Source: Octopus sinensis
Taxonomy: Eukaryota
DNA length: 64,000 nt
Reading direction: 5' to 3'
Assembly: GCF_006345805.1 (NCBI RefSeq)
Contig: NC_043002.1
Span: forward strand, 42,780,001-42,844,000
In this document: in pieces, positions 38,310-50,142 of the stretch
Layout: each line of letters starts with the position of its first letter
How positions within the stretch are numbered: the stretch's first letter is position 1
Notes under the pieces: model-generated
The model's database searches: none
Seen by the model: only the letters and a program-made list of their open reading frames with translations
Told to the model about the DNA's origin: nothing
Position numbers and translations under genes: made by a program

Positions 38310-38589
38310 AACAATTGCAGCATGGAAGGTGTTTATAAGCCAATTAAAAATACACAAAAACTGTTAGATTCTCTTCAACATTTAAACTTAATTTGTCAAA
38401 ATATTTTCGTTGCTTTGAGATCATGACCTGTTCACTGATAAAATTTTGTGATACAGCATGAAATTTTGTCAGTAAACAGGTCTCGGCTTCAAAACAATGA
38501 AAATATTTTTTACAGATTAAATTTCAAGTGAATCTAACAGTTTTTGTGTTTTTAAATGGCTTATAAACACCTTCTATGCTACAATTGCT
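38310..38589. repeat. Imperfect palindrome (foldback), about 280 bp
   Basis: AACAATTGCAGCATGGAAGGTGTTTATAAGCC pairs with GGCTTATAAACACCTTCTATGCTACAATTG. The central loop is near 38446-38461. Confidence 0.85.
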
Positions 38590-39117
38590 TTTGTTTCAGC
38601 ACACAATCTCAGATCAAGTCACTTGCTATGCAAATACATCTCTGTAATTAATTATATTAACTTTTAGAAAATCATTAGCAAAATCTAAAATGACATATCA
38701 TGCAGTGAAGAGAAGGTGAAAATGAGTATCATAAAATTCTCGAAGATAGCTGCATGCCAAACTATCACTAATTGGTTGATGATGATTGAAAATTAACCAA
38801 TAAAATGCGATCACCACACAAATGGCCACGACCCCCTTACATTTTCATTCGCGAACTAGGTGTATATTTTCAGACACACAGTAGACTCGACTATAACATT
38901 CTGTTGTCGGTCACTGTGTGCCTGACAGATATGTTGTAATATGCTAGAAATATTGGTAGATTGGCAGAATTGTTACAGCGTCAGACAAAATGCCTGCACC
39001 ATTTAGTTACAACCCTCTTACATTCTAAGTTCAAATGACACATTTTTCTTGTGTCAATAAAATATAATACTTGTAAGTGCCGTTATCATTTTAATAATGT
39101 TATAAAGCATTGAGCTG

Positions 39118-39310
39118 TGAGCTGGCAGAATCATTAGCATGCTGGGTAAAATGCTTAGCAGCATTTCATTCTTCTTTATGTTCTGGGTTCAAATGCTGCC
39201 TAGGTTGACTTTACCTTTCATCCTTTCAGGATCAATGAAATAAGTACCAGTTGAGCACTGGGCTTGATGTAATCAACTATCCCTCACCTGAAATTGCTGG
39301 CCTTGTGTCA
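39118..39310 (+). mobile_element. tRNA-derived SINE family B
   Basis: GAGCTGGCAGAATC...GGGTTCAAAT...CTTTCATCCTTTC...AAGTACCAGTTGAGCACTG. Other copies at 30365-30570 (+), 40270-40870 (+, split), 57790-57975 (-) and 62290-62495 (-). Confidence 0.75.
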
Positions 39311-39721
39311 AAAAATACCACTATTTCTATAAAGCATTCTCATTGTAAATAACATTTTGATTATAACTCTGAGACTAAGATCTAAATGAGCATTTTAACC
39401 CTTTAGCATTTAAACTGGCCATATCCGGCCCAAATATTCTATCTATTTTATGTTCAAAGTGGCCAAATCTGGCCTCTCACACCTACCCTACAATCTCATT
39501 TTAAGAATAAACAATCACACCATCGAAATTTCAAAAGCTACAAGACAGTAAATGATTAATTCAAACCAATGTGAATAAATAGGCATGACATTAGAGAGAA
39601 TAATCAGAAAGCTAAGGGGATAAAAATTAAATTAGCATTTTATTTAAAATATATCTATTAAATCTGAGACAAACAAAAATGAATATGTTATTTATGATGA
39701 GGTTTCTTTTTTTGTTTGCAG

Positions 39722-39814
39722 GCTTCAACCTTTCAAATGGCTTGTCTTCTACAGTACAACACAGCTAATGTATTAACAGCTCAGCAACTATGTGAAAGCA
39801 CACAGATTAAGTTT
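39722..39814 (+). CDS. CUL1: Cullin-1 exon 9 in window
   Basis: AG/GT bounded, 93 nt. [31 protein letters not shown]. Confidence 0.94.
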
Positions 39815-40359
39815 GTATGTATTTATATGAGCTTTTTAAAACTAATTATTTCCTGATAAATAAATTCTAATAAATTAAAATTATTTGTTAGGAACAGTGT
39901 AAACAAAATGTTATCACCACCATCATCATCATTTAGTATTCTAGTTTTTTTTTTTCTTTCATCATTTTGGTTCAGCTATGGATCTATTTATTGTATCAAT
40001 CTAAGAGATTGATTTTTTTCCTTCAACATTCTGATTTATAACTGGAAACTAAAAGCTCTCTGTCATACACACACACATGCAGAGCCTTCTTTGTGGATTT
40101 GGTAGTTAGAAAGTGAAAGAAACCTTTGTGTGTGTGCCTTCTTGTTATGACATCATACAACAGCTGTAAATGAGTGTCACCATCATACAAATGTATGATG
40201 TATACAATTAAAATGAATGAAAATGTTTAAATTATAAGATTAAAAAATACAATTTATTATATTGCTAGAGGAAGGTGGTTAGCATGTCGGCTGGACGAAA
40301 TGCTTAGTGACATTTCTTCTGGGTTTATGACCTGAGTTCAATGCTGCTAAGATCTACTT

Positions 40360-40727
40360 ACTTGTACTTGTGGCGACATTCACTCTGGGCGGGTTGAGTC
40401 GGCTTCTACTCATGGAAGAAGTTTCGTGGGAATATGTGGATTTCACAAGCGGTCCCCAACAGTCCTGCATGTGGAGACATCCTGTTTGCTGCAGATTGTC
40501 CATAGATGCAGGGACAGAACGACTGAGAAGCCGCCGGTTGCCGAAGCAGACACCCTGAGGATTTTCACCAGAGCCCTGTCTGCCGGGTTGTGGCCCTAAT
40601 ACCACTCGGTGTCAGACCAATCCACCTTGGGTGGCCCTACCAGGAACCGAAGTTCCCGATGGCATAGCTCTGACACTACTCATTGCCAGCGTCCCCATCA
40701 CGGTGAGGAGGGGATGGACTTTGGGGA
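40360..40727 (-). mobile_element. Short GC-rich retroposon with a structured 5' head and RTE-type 3' end, inserted in a family B SINE
   Basis: Perfect TSD GCTAAGATCTACTT at 40346-40359 and 40728-40741. Minus-strand tail (ACAAGT)2 and a 3' hairpin GAGT...ACTC like the RTE 3' stem. Confidence 0.85.
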
Positions 40728-41009
40728 CGCTAAGATCTACTTCGCCTTTCATCATTTTGGGGATGATAAAAAAAAGTACCAGTTGAGCACTGGAACAGGG
40801 TTATTCAGTTACATTGACAAACACTTTTCCGCTAAAATTGCAGACTTTGTGCCAAAATTTGAAACAATTATCTTGTTAGAGAATATCTAAGTGTTGTTTA
40901 TTTATTTTACATTAACAGTATTTCTTATAATTCTGTTTTAACATATATTCAAGACACATGTTTGCTGAAGGATCATTGTTTTTATTTATTTTGTTTATTG
41001 TTTTTATAG

Positions 41010-41128
41010 GATACTCTTGTACAGGTATTAAAGATCTTACTGAAGACTAAATTACTAATGACAGATGCTGATGATGAAAATGATTTACTACCCACCTCAC
41101 AACTGGCCTTCTTCAATGATTACAAAAA
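41010..41128 (+). CDS. CUL1: Cullin-1 exon 10 in window
   Basis: AG/GT bounded, 119 nt. DTLVQVLKILLKTKLLMTDADDENDLLPTSQLAFFNDYK(N). Confidence 0.92.
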
Positions 41129-41259
41129 GTAGGGAAAATGCATTTTTTAATAAACCAATTTATTTCTCTATTGTACATAATAACACTTACAATGTTTGTT
41201 TATCTGGTTGATGTATAATGAAGGTAGTTTTATTCATGTATGTTATTTTTTTTTTCTAG

Positions 41260-41365
41260 TAAAAAATTACGAGTTAATATTAATGTTCCCATGAAAACAG
41301 AGGAAAAAATGGAGCATGAATGCACTCACAAAAATATTGAGGAAGATCGGAAATTACTTATTCAG
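41260..41365 (+). CDS. CUL1: Cullin-1 exon 11 in window
   Basis: AG/GT bounded, 106 nt. (N)[35 protein letters not shown]. Confidence 0.96.
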
Positions 41366-41790
41366 GTAAGTTAAAAATTTGATCGATTGATTGATTGAAT
41401 GCAGTTAGCTTCAAACTCAAGTTATGAACTCTGAAGTTAGGCTACTCAGAAATGACTGCTACTGTCAATGTTGTATTTTTGTTTATATTCCTAAAGATAA
41501 GCATTACTTCCACTTTAAGATGATGGTAGCAGTTTTATAGAATTTTACTTTAAAATAAATAAATGAATACATTCTGTGTGGTGCATTCCCATAAAATTGT
41601 TTTTGAAATTTTCCTGAGCAGGCACTTTTTTTCTTGCTAGTAGTACACAAAATTTTTTGTTTCCAACCCTATAATTTCCATGCTTTTTAACATATTTGAT
41701 AATACAAAATTTAATACCAGCCTCACAACAGCCTCTGGTACCTAAAGCTTTAATATCATATCACTTTTTTTTATCAGAATTGATATTTAT

Positions 41791-42128
41791 GTGCTGGTCT
41801 ACGTAAAAGCATCTGTGCCGGTCGATGTAAAGAACACCTGTGCTAATCCACTTAAAAGTTCCCCTGTTAGTCGCATAAAGAGCACCTATGCCAGTCCATA
41901 TAAAAGCATCCGTACCGGCCCACTAAAGATGTACCCTGGCTGGTGCCTCATAAAAAGCACCCAACACACTTTGTAAAGTGTTTGGGGTTAGGAAGGGCAT
42001 ACAGCTGTAGAAACCAAGTGACATTTCTTCTGGTTCTAGCTCTCTAGTTTACCAGTTTACCAATTTGGTCAAACTGCCCAACCCATGCCAGCATGGAACA
42101 CAAACATTAAATGATGATGATAATGATG
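41791..42128 (+). mobile_element. RTE 3'-UTR variant with about 7 tandem degenerate 24-bp modules
   Basis: GTGCCGGTC.ACGTAAAAGCACC-like units at 41791-41961, followed by the standard RTE tail. Confidence 0.65.
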
Positions 42129-43529
42129 TGTGATATAAATATGTGTTTTGTCAAAGCAGCATCGAAGCCTACTTATACAGCCATTTTTGTTTTCTGCCAT
42201 GTGCTGTTCATCAGCATACATTAATTCACAATACTAATATAGACTGCATAGTAACTTGACCAAACAGACTGTGTTCAATCATTTGTGTGTGTTAGAGCAT
42301 ACTGCTGCATGCAATATTTAATATGTTTTGTGCATTTTTACCTCATGAGTAAATCATCATCATCATCATTTAGCGTCCGCTCTCCATGCTAGCATGGGTT
42401 GGACGGTTCATCTGGGATCTGGGAAGCCAGAAGGCTGCACCAGGCCCAGTCTGATCTGGCAATGTTTCTACGGCTGGATGCCCTTCCTAATGCCAACCAC
42501 TCCATGAGTGTAGTGGGTGCTTTTTACGTGCCAGACGAGGCTGGCAAACGGCCACGATCGGATGGTGCTTTTTACGTGCCACCGGCATGGAGGCCCCGTA
42601 GAAATACATTGTATTATTTAAGGTTGTTATTATATCAGCATTGACTTGTATTCTAGTAGTTAATCTGTAACGACTGATGTTGAGTAATGTGACTTGCTTG
42701 ATGATTGCTGTTAGTTTTGTGGTTTATGTCAGTTACATGTTTGCCAGTTAATGCCTATGTTTTTTTATCCACCCCTCCCCCCGCCCTCCTTCTTGGTATT
42801 ATCATTAAAGTGTTTGGCAAAATGGTTTTTAGCATTTCTTCTGGCGCTTAGTTCACAACTTGCTGAGGTCAACTTTTAATATATCATAAAACACCAATCA
42901 CACACCAGGTTGATGCTAGCAGCTAACCCCACTCCTCTCGAGATTTGTGCCTAAATTAGAAACCATTATTATTTTTGTCATTTGCTCGTTTACTTTGATG
43001 TTGTTTTATTTTAGTTTTATGGGGTTTTGATGTATTGTGTTCGAGGATTCTCTCTTGCTTTTATGAGGTTACCTAGTTCTTGTATGTACTGGAAATTATT
43101 TTGTTGTCTTATATAACTGAATAAGAGTTAGTTATCAATAAAAGCAGTTATGTCCCTTACATCTTGCAGTATCACATGAGCGTGAGACTGAACTATGACT
43201 GTTTGGTAATATGTCTCTTATAAATTGATTAAATGATATTTGGAGCTTTATTTATCACAACAGTTTAATCAATTTAAAAGTTATCATTCACTGAAACAAA
43301 AATAGATAACTAGAACAGTCAATCTTGATATTTCAGCAAACTGTCCTTAAGTGGTATGATTCAATTTTGATAATGATTTTCAATCTCTAAAGGCTTATGC
43401 AAAACCATGCAATAAAATAATCTCAGTCATCTGTCAGTGCCTTTTCATAGGTTTCATGAAAATACAGATAAATTTCTACAGAATTTAACTGTAAATTTCA
43501 TTGTGATTTTAAAGTTATAATGACTGAAG

Positions 43530-44130
43530 TAGGTAAATAATGGAATATGCTCAAACATTATCAGACCTAGAATACTGAACAGTGCCATCGAACAGGCTCA
43601 GTCTTTGGAACAAACTCAGTCTAATCATTTCATAAAGCTTATTACTGTTGTGGGAACCTCTGACATTAACAAGGAAAATTTAGGTGGCACGTTTGAACAG
43701 TCTGCCACAGTAAACCCTAACAATTGAGGAATGTGCTTTTCCTGTAACAACTCTTAAGTTTTAACCTCATGCCTCTTGTCCAGATAAAACTGCTATTTGC
43801 CAGAATTGTAAAATGGTAAGACACTAAGCAGTTGTTTGTCTGTATGTTTTTTTCTGCCCAACAACTATTGTTTTTTGGCCTTGCAGTTTGATTTATTTTC
43901 TCTGGTGACTCTGTGTTCTACTACTGCACCTCTTACTCCTGTAATGGCAAATATTAATGACTATAGAGTTGGAATCCTCAAGTGTTCATTTAACTGTTTC
44001 ATCAGCCAAAAATTAGTGGATCAAATCAACATGGAAATATATCCCTGAAACAGTTAGTTTCTACAGCTAATTCTGAACTAATAGCATAAATTAATGGATT
44101 CCATATCACTGAGATATCTTGGAAGTAGAA
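43530..44130 (+). mobile_element. Possible degenerate LTR-retrotransposon gag/protease relic
   Basis: Broken frames give CFSC and HASCPDKTAICQNCKMVRH*AVVC, resembling paired CCHC knuckles, followed by a weak protease-like stretch. Confidence 0.4.
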
Positions 44131-44189
44131 CAAAGTAATTTGCTATGTTAGGTGCTGGTGTTTGTTATTATTCACATTTCTTAAAAAAA

Positions 44190-44420
44190 AGGTTAATTCG
44201 TGGGACATGACAGCAAAGAAGAGCACACATTCACTCTGTGCGCAATTAGACTCGGAAAGTTTGTGAGGAACCCATTGACCCAGTTTGTTGACTTTTCCAA
44301 CGGTACACAGATGTTGATGAATGGTTGAATGATCAAATCCAAGCTTCTCTGCTACTTACTCAACTGCTATGTTGGGATTTTGTTCCACCAGGGTTTCTTA
44401 TAAAAGGTCTTGAACTATAC
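44190..44420 (-). mobile_element. Mariner transposase fragment
   Basis: Minus strand reads LVEQNPNIAVE*VAEKLGFDHSTIHQHLCTVGKVNKLGQWVPHKLSE, matching the HTH region and WVPHEL motif. Confidence 0.8.
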
Positions 44421-44848
44421 ACAGTTCTATCTACATAAACTTGGTACTTATCCATTCCCAGTATACACAATCTGGTGAAATTATATCAAAACACAAAAAT
44501 TAAAATAAAAATTGATCTATATGATTATCACCTTAAACAGGAACACATCGCAAACGGCTCTTATTTTCTAGAAAGATGCCCATTGTATATACATGTGTGT
44601 GTTTATGTTTTCTTGTCATGACATTGTGTGATAGTTGTAAATGATTGTTATTATTATAGAAGCAGTTTAATTAATTTTTAATATTTGTCTTGCCATGGGG
44701 GAAACAATACTTTGCTTGGAAACAGGTGAGAGCTGGCAACAGGAAGGCCTCCACCTATAGAAAATCTTCCTCAATAACTCTGTCCAACTAATGCATGCAT
44801 TGATATAAAGACATTAAGATATAATATATGTACAGATATAATTATATT

Positions 44849-44888
<40 letters not shown>

Positions 44889-44889
<1 letters not shown>

Positions 44890-45921
44890 GGTCATCCCAT
44901 GAATAATGTAGTTTTTTTTATAGGTCTTTTATTTTTCATAATTAAAATAAACAAAGTTCTTTTTTAATCTGAAGTATACTCTCCTTCATTTTCTACAATG
45001 CTCTTCCATCTATCTGGTAGACTTGCAAGGCCTCTCTTCCAAAGTTCACTTGTCCATGATAAAAATACTTGTCCAGTACTATTCTGATCTCATCTACAGA
45101 ATTCATATTTTTTTCTGTCAAAAATGATGTTGAAGACTGCAGAATAAATGATAATCAGATGGGGCAATGTCCGGCAAATATGGTGGGTGGGGCTTCGTTT
45201 CCCATTCAAACTGTTCCAGCCTTTGGAATGTCATCCTCGCTGTATGTAGCCTAGCATTATCCTGATAGAACACTTTCATCTTGATAGTAAAGATGGTCAT
45301 TTTTCTTCTAGCACTGACTTAAGCCACTCAGGCTGCTCACAGTTGATCTCCTTTCTTATCATTTGGTTTGGGTTTAAAAGTTCAAAGTGGGCTGAACCAT
45401 TCATATTCTACCAAACAGATAATAACACCTTACATGGATGAAGACCTTCTTTAGCCTAGGGTGCCAGTGTTTATCCTTTCCCTACCCATTGTTTTTGGTG
45501 CTTGACATTTTTATAGAGAACCCATTTCTTGTCACCAGTCACTATTTGGTCAAAAAAAAAAGGTTCTTCTAGATTGTAGTTTCTGGCTCGGAATTTCTGG
45601 AACCACCGCTGACACTGGCTCACCCTTATTGTCCAATCCCATCTACTTCATTAATATTCCTCACACTTTCCATTGCGTCGTTGCCTTTATTGAACTCATA
45701 AAACAAAATATGCCAAATATCTTCTTTGTCACTTTCATTATTGTTTTGAAAAAATAATTGTTAAAATCGAACTGTACTCTTCAAAACTTGCACTAAGAAT
45801 AAGTACAAAGTAAAATTACTACCTGCTTTTATAGCAAGTTGAATCAGGTAGTTTATCCCATACCCCTCTGACTTTTAGTTCATGCAATTGAAAAAACTGC
45901 TTTAATCATGAGATGACCCAA
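44889..45921 (-). mobile_element. Internally deleted mariner element
   Basis: TIRs GGGTCATCCCATGAATAATGTAGTTTTTT and AAAAAACTGCTTTAATCATGAGATGACCCAA, with TA at 45922-45923. Carries DNARLH and HPPYLPDIAPSDYHLF motifs and N-terminal QCQRWFQKFR. Confidence 0.88.
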
Positions 45922-47224
45922 TATAATTTTACTGGCTCAACATTCACTATTTGACTTTCTGAACCTGATACAGTTTATTTGCACCGTTGTGCATCTAATT
46001 GAAAATTCAAATTGCAAATGAAACCTGTAGAATCTCTTGAGGTTTATCCAAATTACGTAAATGATTATAAAAATTATTGCTTATCCAGCTCAGAGAGGAT
46101 GTGATAAGAGCTACGGTTATCTCCCTTACGTATTGCAATGCTACAAAAACCTCTTGGTGATTTAAAAGAAAGTTACTTTTATCATTGGACTGTGGTCATT
46201 TGTGGGGTACCACCCTCAAAAGTTTAGTTGAGCAAATCAACTGTAGTATTTATTTTTTTAAAGTCTGGTACTTATATGGTCGATATCTGGCTAAACATTT
46301 CCCCATAGTGCCACACCATGTGTCAGAACACAAAAGTTATTTGATTTTAAACCTGACTTTTGAAGCATACAGTCATGCTTGCATGCTTGTTTACCAAAAG
46401 TATCTTTTGGGAACTTTAGGAACTTAAGAGCATTCAATTATTATACAACCAGTTTACTTAATACTGTGTAACAAAATTCGAATTTTTGTGTTTATTTTTC
46501 TTTGGTCAGTAAGTATTATTTCCTATTTAGTTCTATTCCCTTCAAACTTTGCATTTGTGACCTGAATGTCACTTCGCATTTGTGACATCAATGTTTTGAA
46601 ACTGACCTGTTTTCCATTACGTTTCACACAGATTCAGTACTGAGTTGCTGAAGCAGAAATATTGTTATAGCAAACATTTTGCTCAGTATCACAGATTTGT
46701 TTGTCAGCTGCATGACCATAACCACTTGAGCATGTCCCTTAGTGGCTGACAATATGTGCATTTCTTATGATGAGCAGGAGTAGTGAGGAATATCATAGCC
46801 ATATGTCGAGAAAGATTTCTTTGAGGTTTGAATAAATGTAACAAAAGCAAATTTTGAAGGAAATATTAGCCATTTTAAATACTTTCTATGCAAATAGGAA
46901 ATAACAGTTGCTACCTAAAGTCAAAAATCGTATTACACAGTGTAATCGGTTATAAGGCTACAAGAACTCAGTGTAAATAGTTAGTCTTTGTGTTGTTATT
47001 TTATGACTTTGATATTGGTGTCAGTTTTTTTAGCAAAACTAACAACACAGTTTCTTAGCTAATATTCTTAGTAAATGGCACAGAAGTCACAACTTCTTAA
47101 TTCTCCTCTCTAAAACATGACACTAATATCAGAAGTTATTTTCTTATCAAACAAAGCCATTATTGCCCAATGATTGAAGGGTACTCATAAATGGCTGGTT
47201 ATGCTGCACTAGCATAGGCCATGG

Positions 47225-47478
47225 TTACTTTCTCACTTGGCTTACCAGGTTTTCTCAAGCACAGCATATCTCCGAAGGTTTCGGTCACTTGTTATCGCCT
47301 CGGTGAGGCCCACCGCTCGAAGCTCATGCTTCAACATCTCATCCCAGGTCTTCCAGGGTCTACCTCTTCCACAGGTTCCCTCTACTACTAGAGTGTGACA
47401 CTTTTTCATACAGCTTTCCTCATCCATACACGACACATGACCATACCAGTGCAGTTGTCTCTCTTGCACACCACATCA
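47225..47478 (-). mobile_element. RTE ORF2 C-terminal fragment
   Basis: QLHWYGHV and [11 protein letters not shown] (ORF 47242-47469). Confidence 0.85.
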
Positions 47479-47484
47479 CATACA

Positions 47485-47552
<68 letters not shown>

Positions 47553-47617
47553 TATTATCATCATCATTGTTTAATGTCCACCTTCCATGCTGGCATGAGT
47601 GGGACAAATATATATGT

Positions 47618-47654
<37 letters not shown>

Positions 47655-47719
47655 GAAATAAGTATGTAAAATATATGTAATTGCAATGTTTCATGAAATC
47701 TGTATTTTAAAACCAACAG

Positions 47720-47833
47720 GCAGCTATCGTGAGAATTATGAAAATGAGGAAAGAACTGAAACATCAGAACCTTCTTTCTGAGGTTTGCATTCAACTATCC
47801 TCTCGCTTCAAGCCTAAAATATCCGTCATCAAG
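47720..47833 (+). CDS. CUL1: Cullin-1 exon 12 in window (neddylation site)
   Basis: AG/GT bounded, 114 nt. [38 protein letters not shown]. The IVRIMK lysine (codon 47741-47743) is the conserved NEDD8 acceptor. Confidence 0.96.
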
Positions 47834-48159
47834 GTGAGCACTGTTGTTTAAATATTACTTTTGGAAACTAAATGTTTCAGCTTTTCTATTAATATTTACA
47901 GTTTCTTTCCTTTTGTTATTTTGGTCTGTCTTGTCTGTGTCTCTCTTTCCCTTCTAGATATGAATTGTATGCTTCTCATACATGTACGTGCGTGTATTGT
48001 GTGTGTGTGTGTGTGTGTATCCCTTTCTGTTGAAGAGCATAGGCTCAAAATGTAAAAGACATTTTCATTTTCCCAAGCGTCAAACTAATACACCTGCTTG
48101 TTGTTCATACAGCTGTCTTCGTCTTTCTCTATAAATTTCAACTATATACATATGTAAAG

Positions 48160-49163
48160 GTGTGGTGGAACAATGTTGACAGGGCCATTAGGGAAAAGAA
48201 ACAGGCTTGGAAGGACTGGAAGAATGGCAGTATCAGGGAATTGTATCAGACTGCCAGAAGAGAAGCTAGGAGACAGGTTTATTTAGCCAGAGGGGAAGCA
48301 GATAAGAAAATATTTGCCAATGTTCTGCGCCTTGAGGACCAAAGACTCGAGGTATTTCTTGTTGCAAGACAGTGTGTGAGAGAGAATCGTGATGTCGTAG
48401 GAGAGAAATATGTCTGCATGAATGATGGTTTGCTTGCATTAAGCGAGGCTACAAAGAGAGGTTTGGAGATGCCACTATGAAAGGTTGCTAAATAAAGAGA
48501 ATAAATGAGAGAAAGAGAGTCTGCCAAAATGCTGACCCAGCAGAGGGCTCAGCTATTTGAATTGACAGTACCTTGGTAGATAAAGCAATTAAGGGTATGA
48601 AGACAGGGAAAGCCCTCAACCCATCAGGAATCACCGCAGAGATGCTCAAAATATCTGGTATTGTCGGCTGTAGTCTAGTCACCCGTATAGTCAACACCAT
48701 AGTCAATTGCCACAAAGGTAAAGCTGATGCTTTAGATACAAATAATTACAGAGGTATCAAGTTGTTGGATCAGGTAATGAAGATCATGGAGAGGGTCATA
48801 GCCCAACTAATTAGGGAGAGAGTCAGTCTAGATGAGTTGCAGTTTGGGTTTGTGACAAGGAAAAGCACTACTGTTGCTATATTTCTTGTAAGACAGCTGC
48901 AGGAGAAATACCTGGCCAAAAATAAACCTCTGTACCTGGCTTTCGTTGGAGAAAGCCTTTGACAGGCTCCCCCGATTCCTTATCTGGTGGTCAATGAGAA
49001 AACTAGGGATAAATGAATGGCTAGTGAGAGTTGTGCAAGCTATGTACAGGGATGCTGTCAGTAAGGTGAGGGTTGGCAATGAGTACAGTGAAGAATTCCG
49101 GGTAGGGGTCCACTAAGGATCAGTCCTCAGCCCCCTCTTATTCATCGTAGTCCTCCAGGCAAT
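48160..49163 (+). mobile_element. RTE internal fragment, truncated at both ends with an internal deletion
   Basis: NYRGIKLLDQVMK, QFGFV and QLQEKYLAK. Confidence 0.88.
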
Positions 49164-49706
49164 ATCCGAACACCCTTTGTTTCCCAGATGTGCTGTAAAC
49201 CCAAGTCCCTTTATTTTTCTGTTTACAATAAACCAAGGTAATAAGTAACTGTTTTTGCTTGGAACTTAGCGATAGACCTTTCTACTGACAAACCAAACTG
49301 GCCTTCATCAACTGTGACTCGTTTCATCTTTTTTTTTTCACATCCTTTTTTTCCATACTGGCATGGGTTAGTTGAATACATTCTCCTAATTTATTTCCAA
49401 GTGTTATGAGCAGATAATATTATATAATGTTTATTTGAATTGCAATTTTTAATTAGAATTATAATATTACTACTGTATTTTCTGGCATACAATTTGACAT
49501 AGTATATAGTGTAAACATTCAAACGTTGTCTCTATCTTTTCAAAACCTGCTGCATTTCACATGGAATTGTTGGTGTATAAGTTGACTTGCCATTTTTATC
49601 TTTAAATTTTTGGTCTAAAGAATTTCACTTGTTTACCAAAAAATATGGTAATGTTTTTGTAATTTATTTATAGATTATTTCTTATATCTTTTTTTTTTCT
49701 TTCCAG

Positions 49707-49787
49707 AAATGTATAGATATTCTGATTGAAAAAGAATATTTGGAAAGAGTGGATGGCCAAAAAGATGTATACAGTTATTTGGCATAG
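49707..49787 (+). CDS. CUL1: Cullin-1 terminal coding exon
   Basis: AG at 49705-49706. [26 protein letters not shown] followed by TAG, the canonical CUL1 C-terminus. Confidence 0.97.
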   Translation, partial: KCIDILIEKEYLERVDGQKDVYSYLA

Positions 49788-50136
49788 TCTGAGTGAACAA
49801 TATATTGCCTTTTTTGAGGGCTGCTTGGTTCAGAATTGGTCTGTTCTGGAGACCTCTGTATTGATTATGAGAAGAAGTGGTTTAAGAAATCTCACTGAAA
49901 AGCAAAGAAAATTTTTGGTGCAGAAACTTGACTGTTGAATTTTACTTAGGCAAATCTTCGACTCTGTATGGAATTATGCCTGAGAATTTCTTCAGAAACA
50001 ACAAGTGCAACTTTACCTTCTCATAATTCTCTACCATGTGCAACAACATTTTACATTTTCCATAAACTTACCTTTGGTGGTGGTGGAAGGAGAGGAGGAG
50101 ATGGTGTAAAGGATTATCTGATAATTGCATTTAAAT

Positions 50137-50142
50137 AATAAA
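50137..50142 (+). promoter_or_regulatory. Candidate CUL1 polyadenylation signal
   Basis: AATAAA about 350 nt after the stop, with U-rich sequence downstream. No transcript evidence available. Confidence 0.4.

Noticed and set aside
41791-41961. Repeat arrays (also 52172-52263) as CRISPR-like
   Set aside because: No unique spacers, eukaryotic context, and both are explained as retroposon parts.
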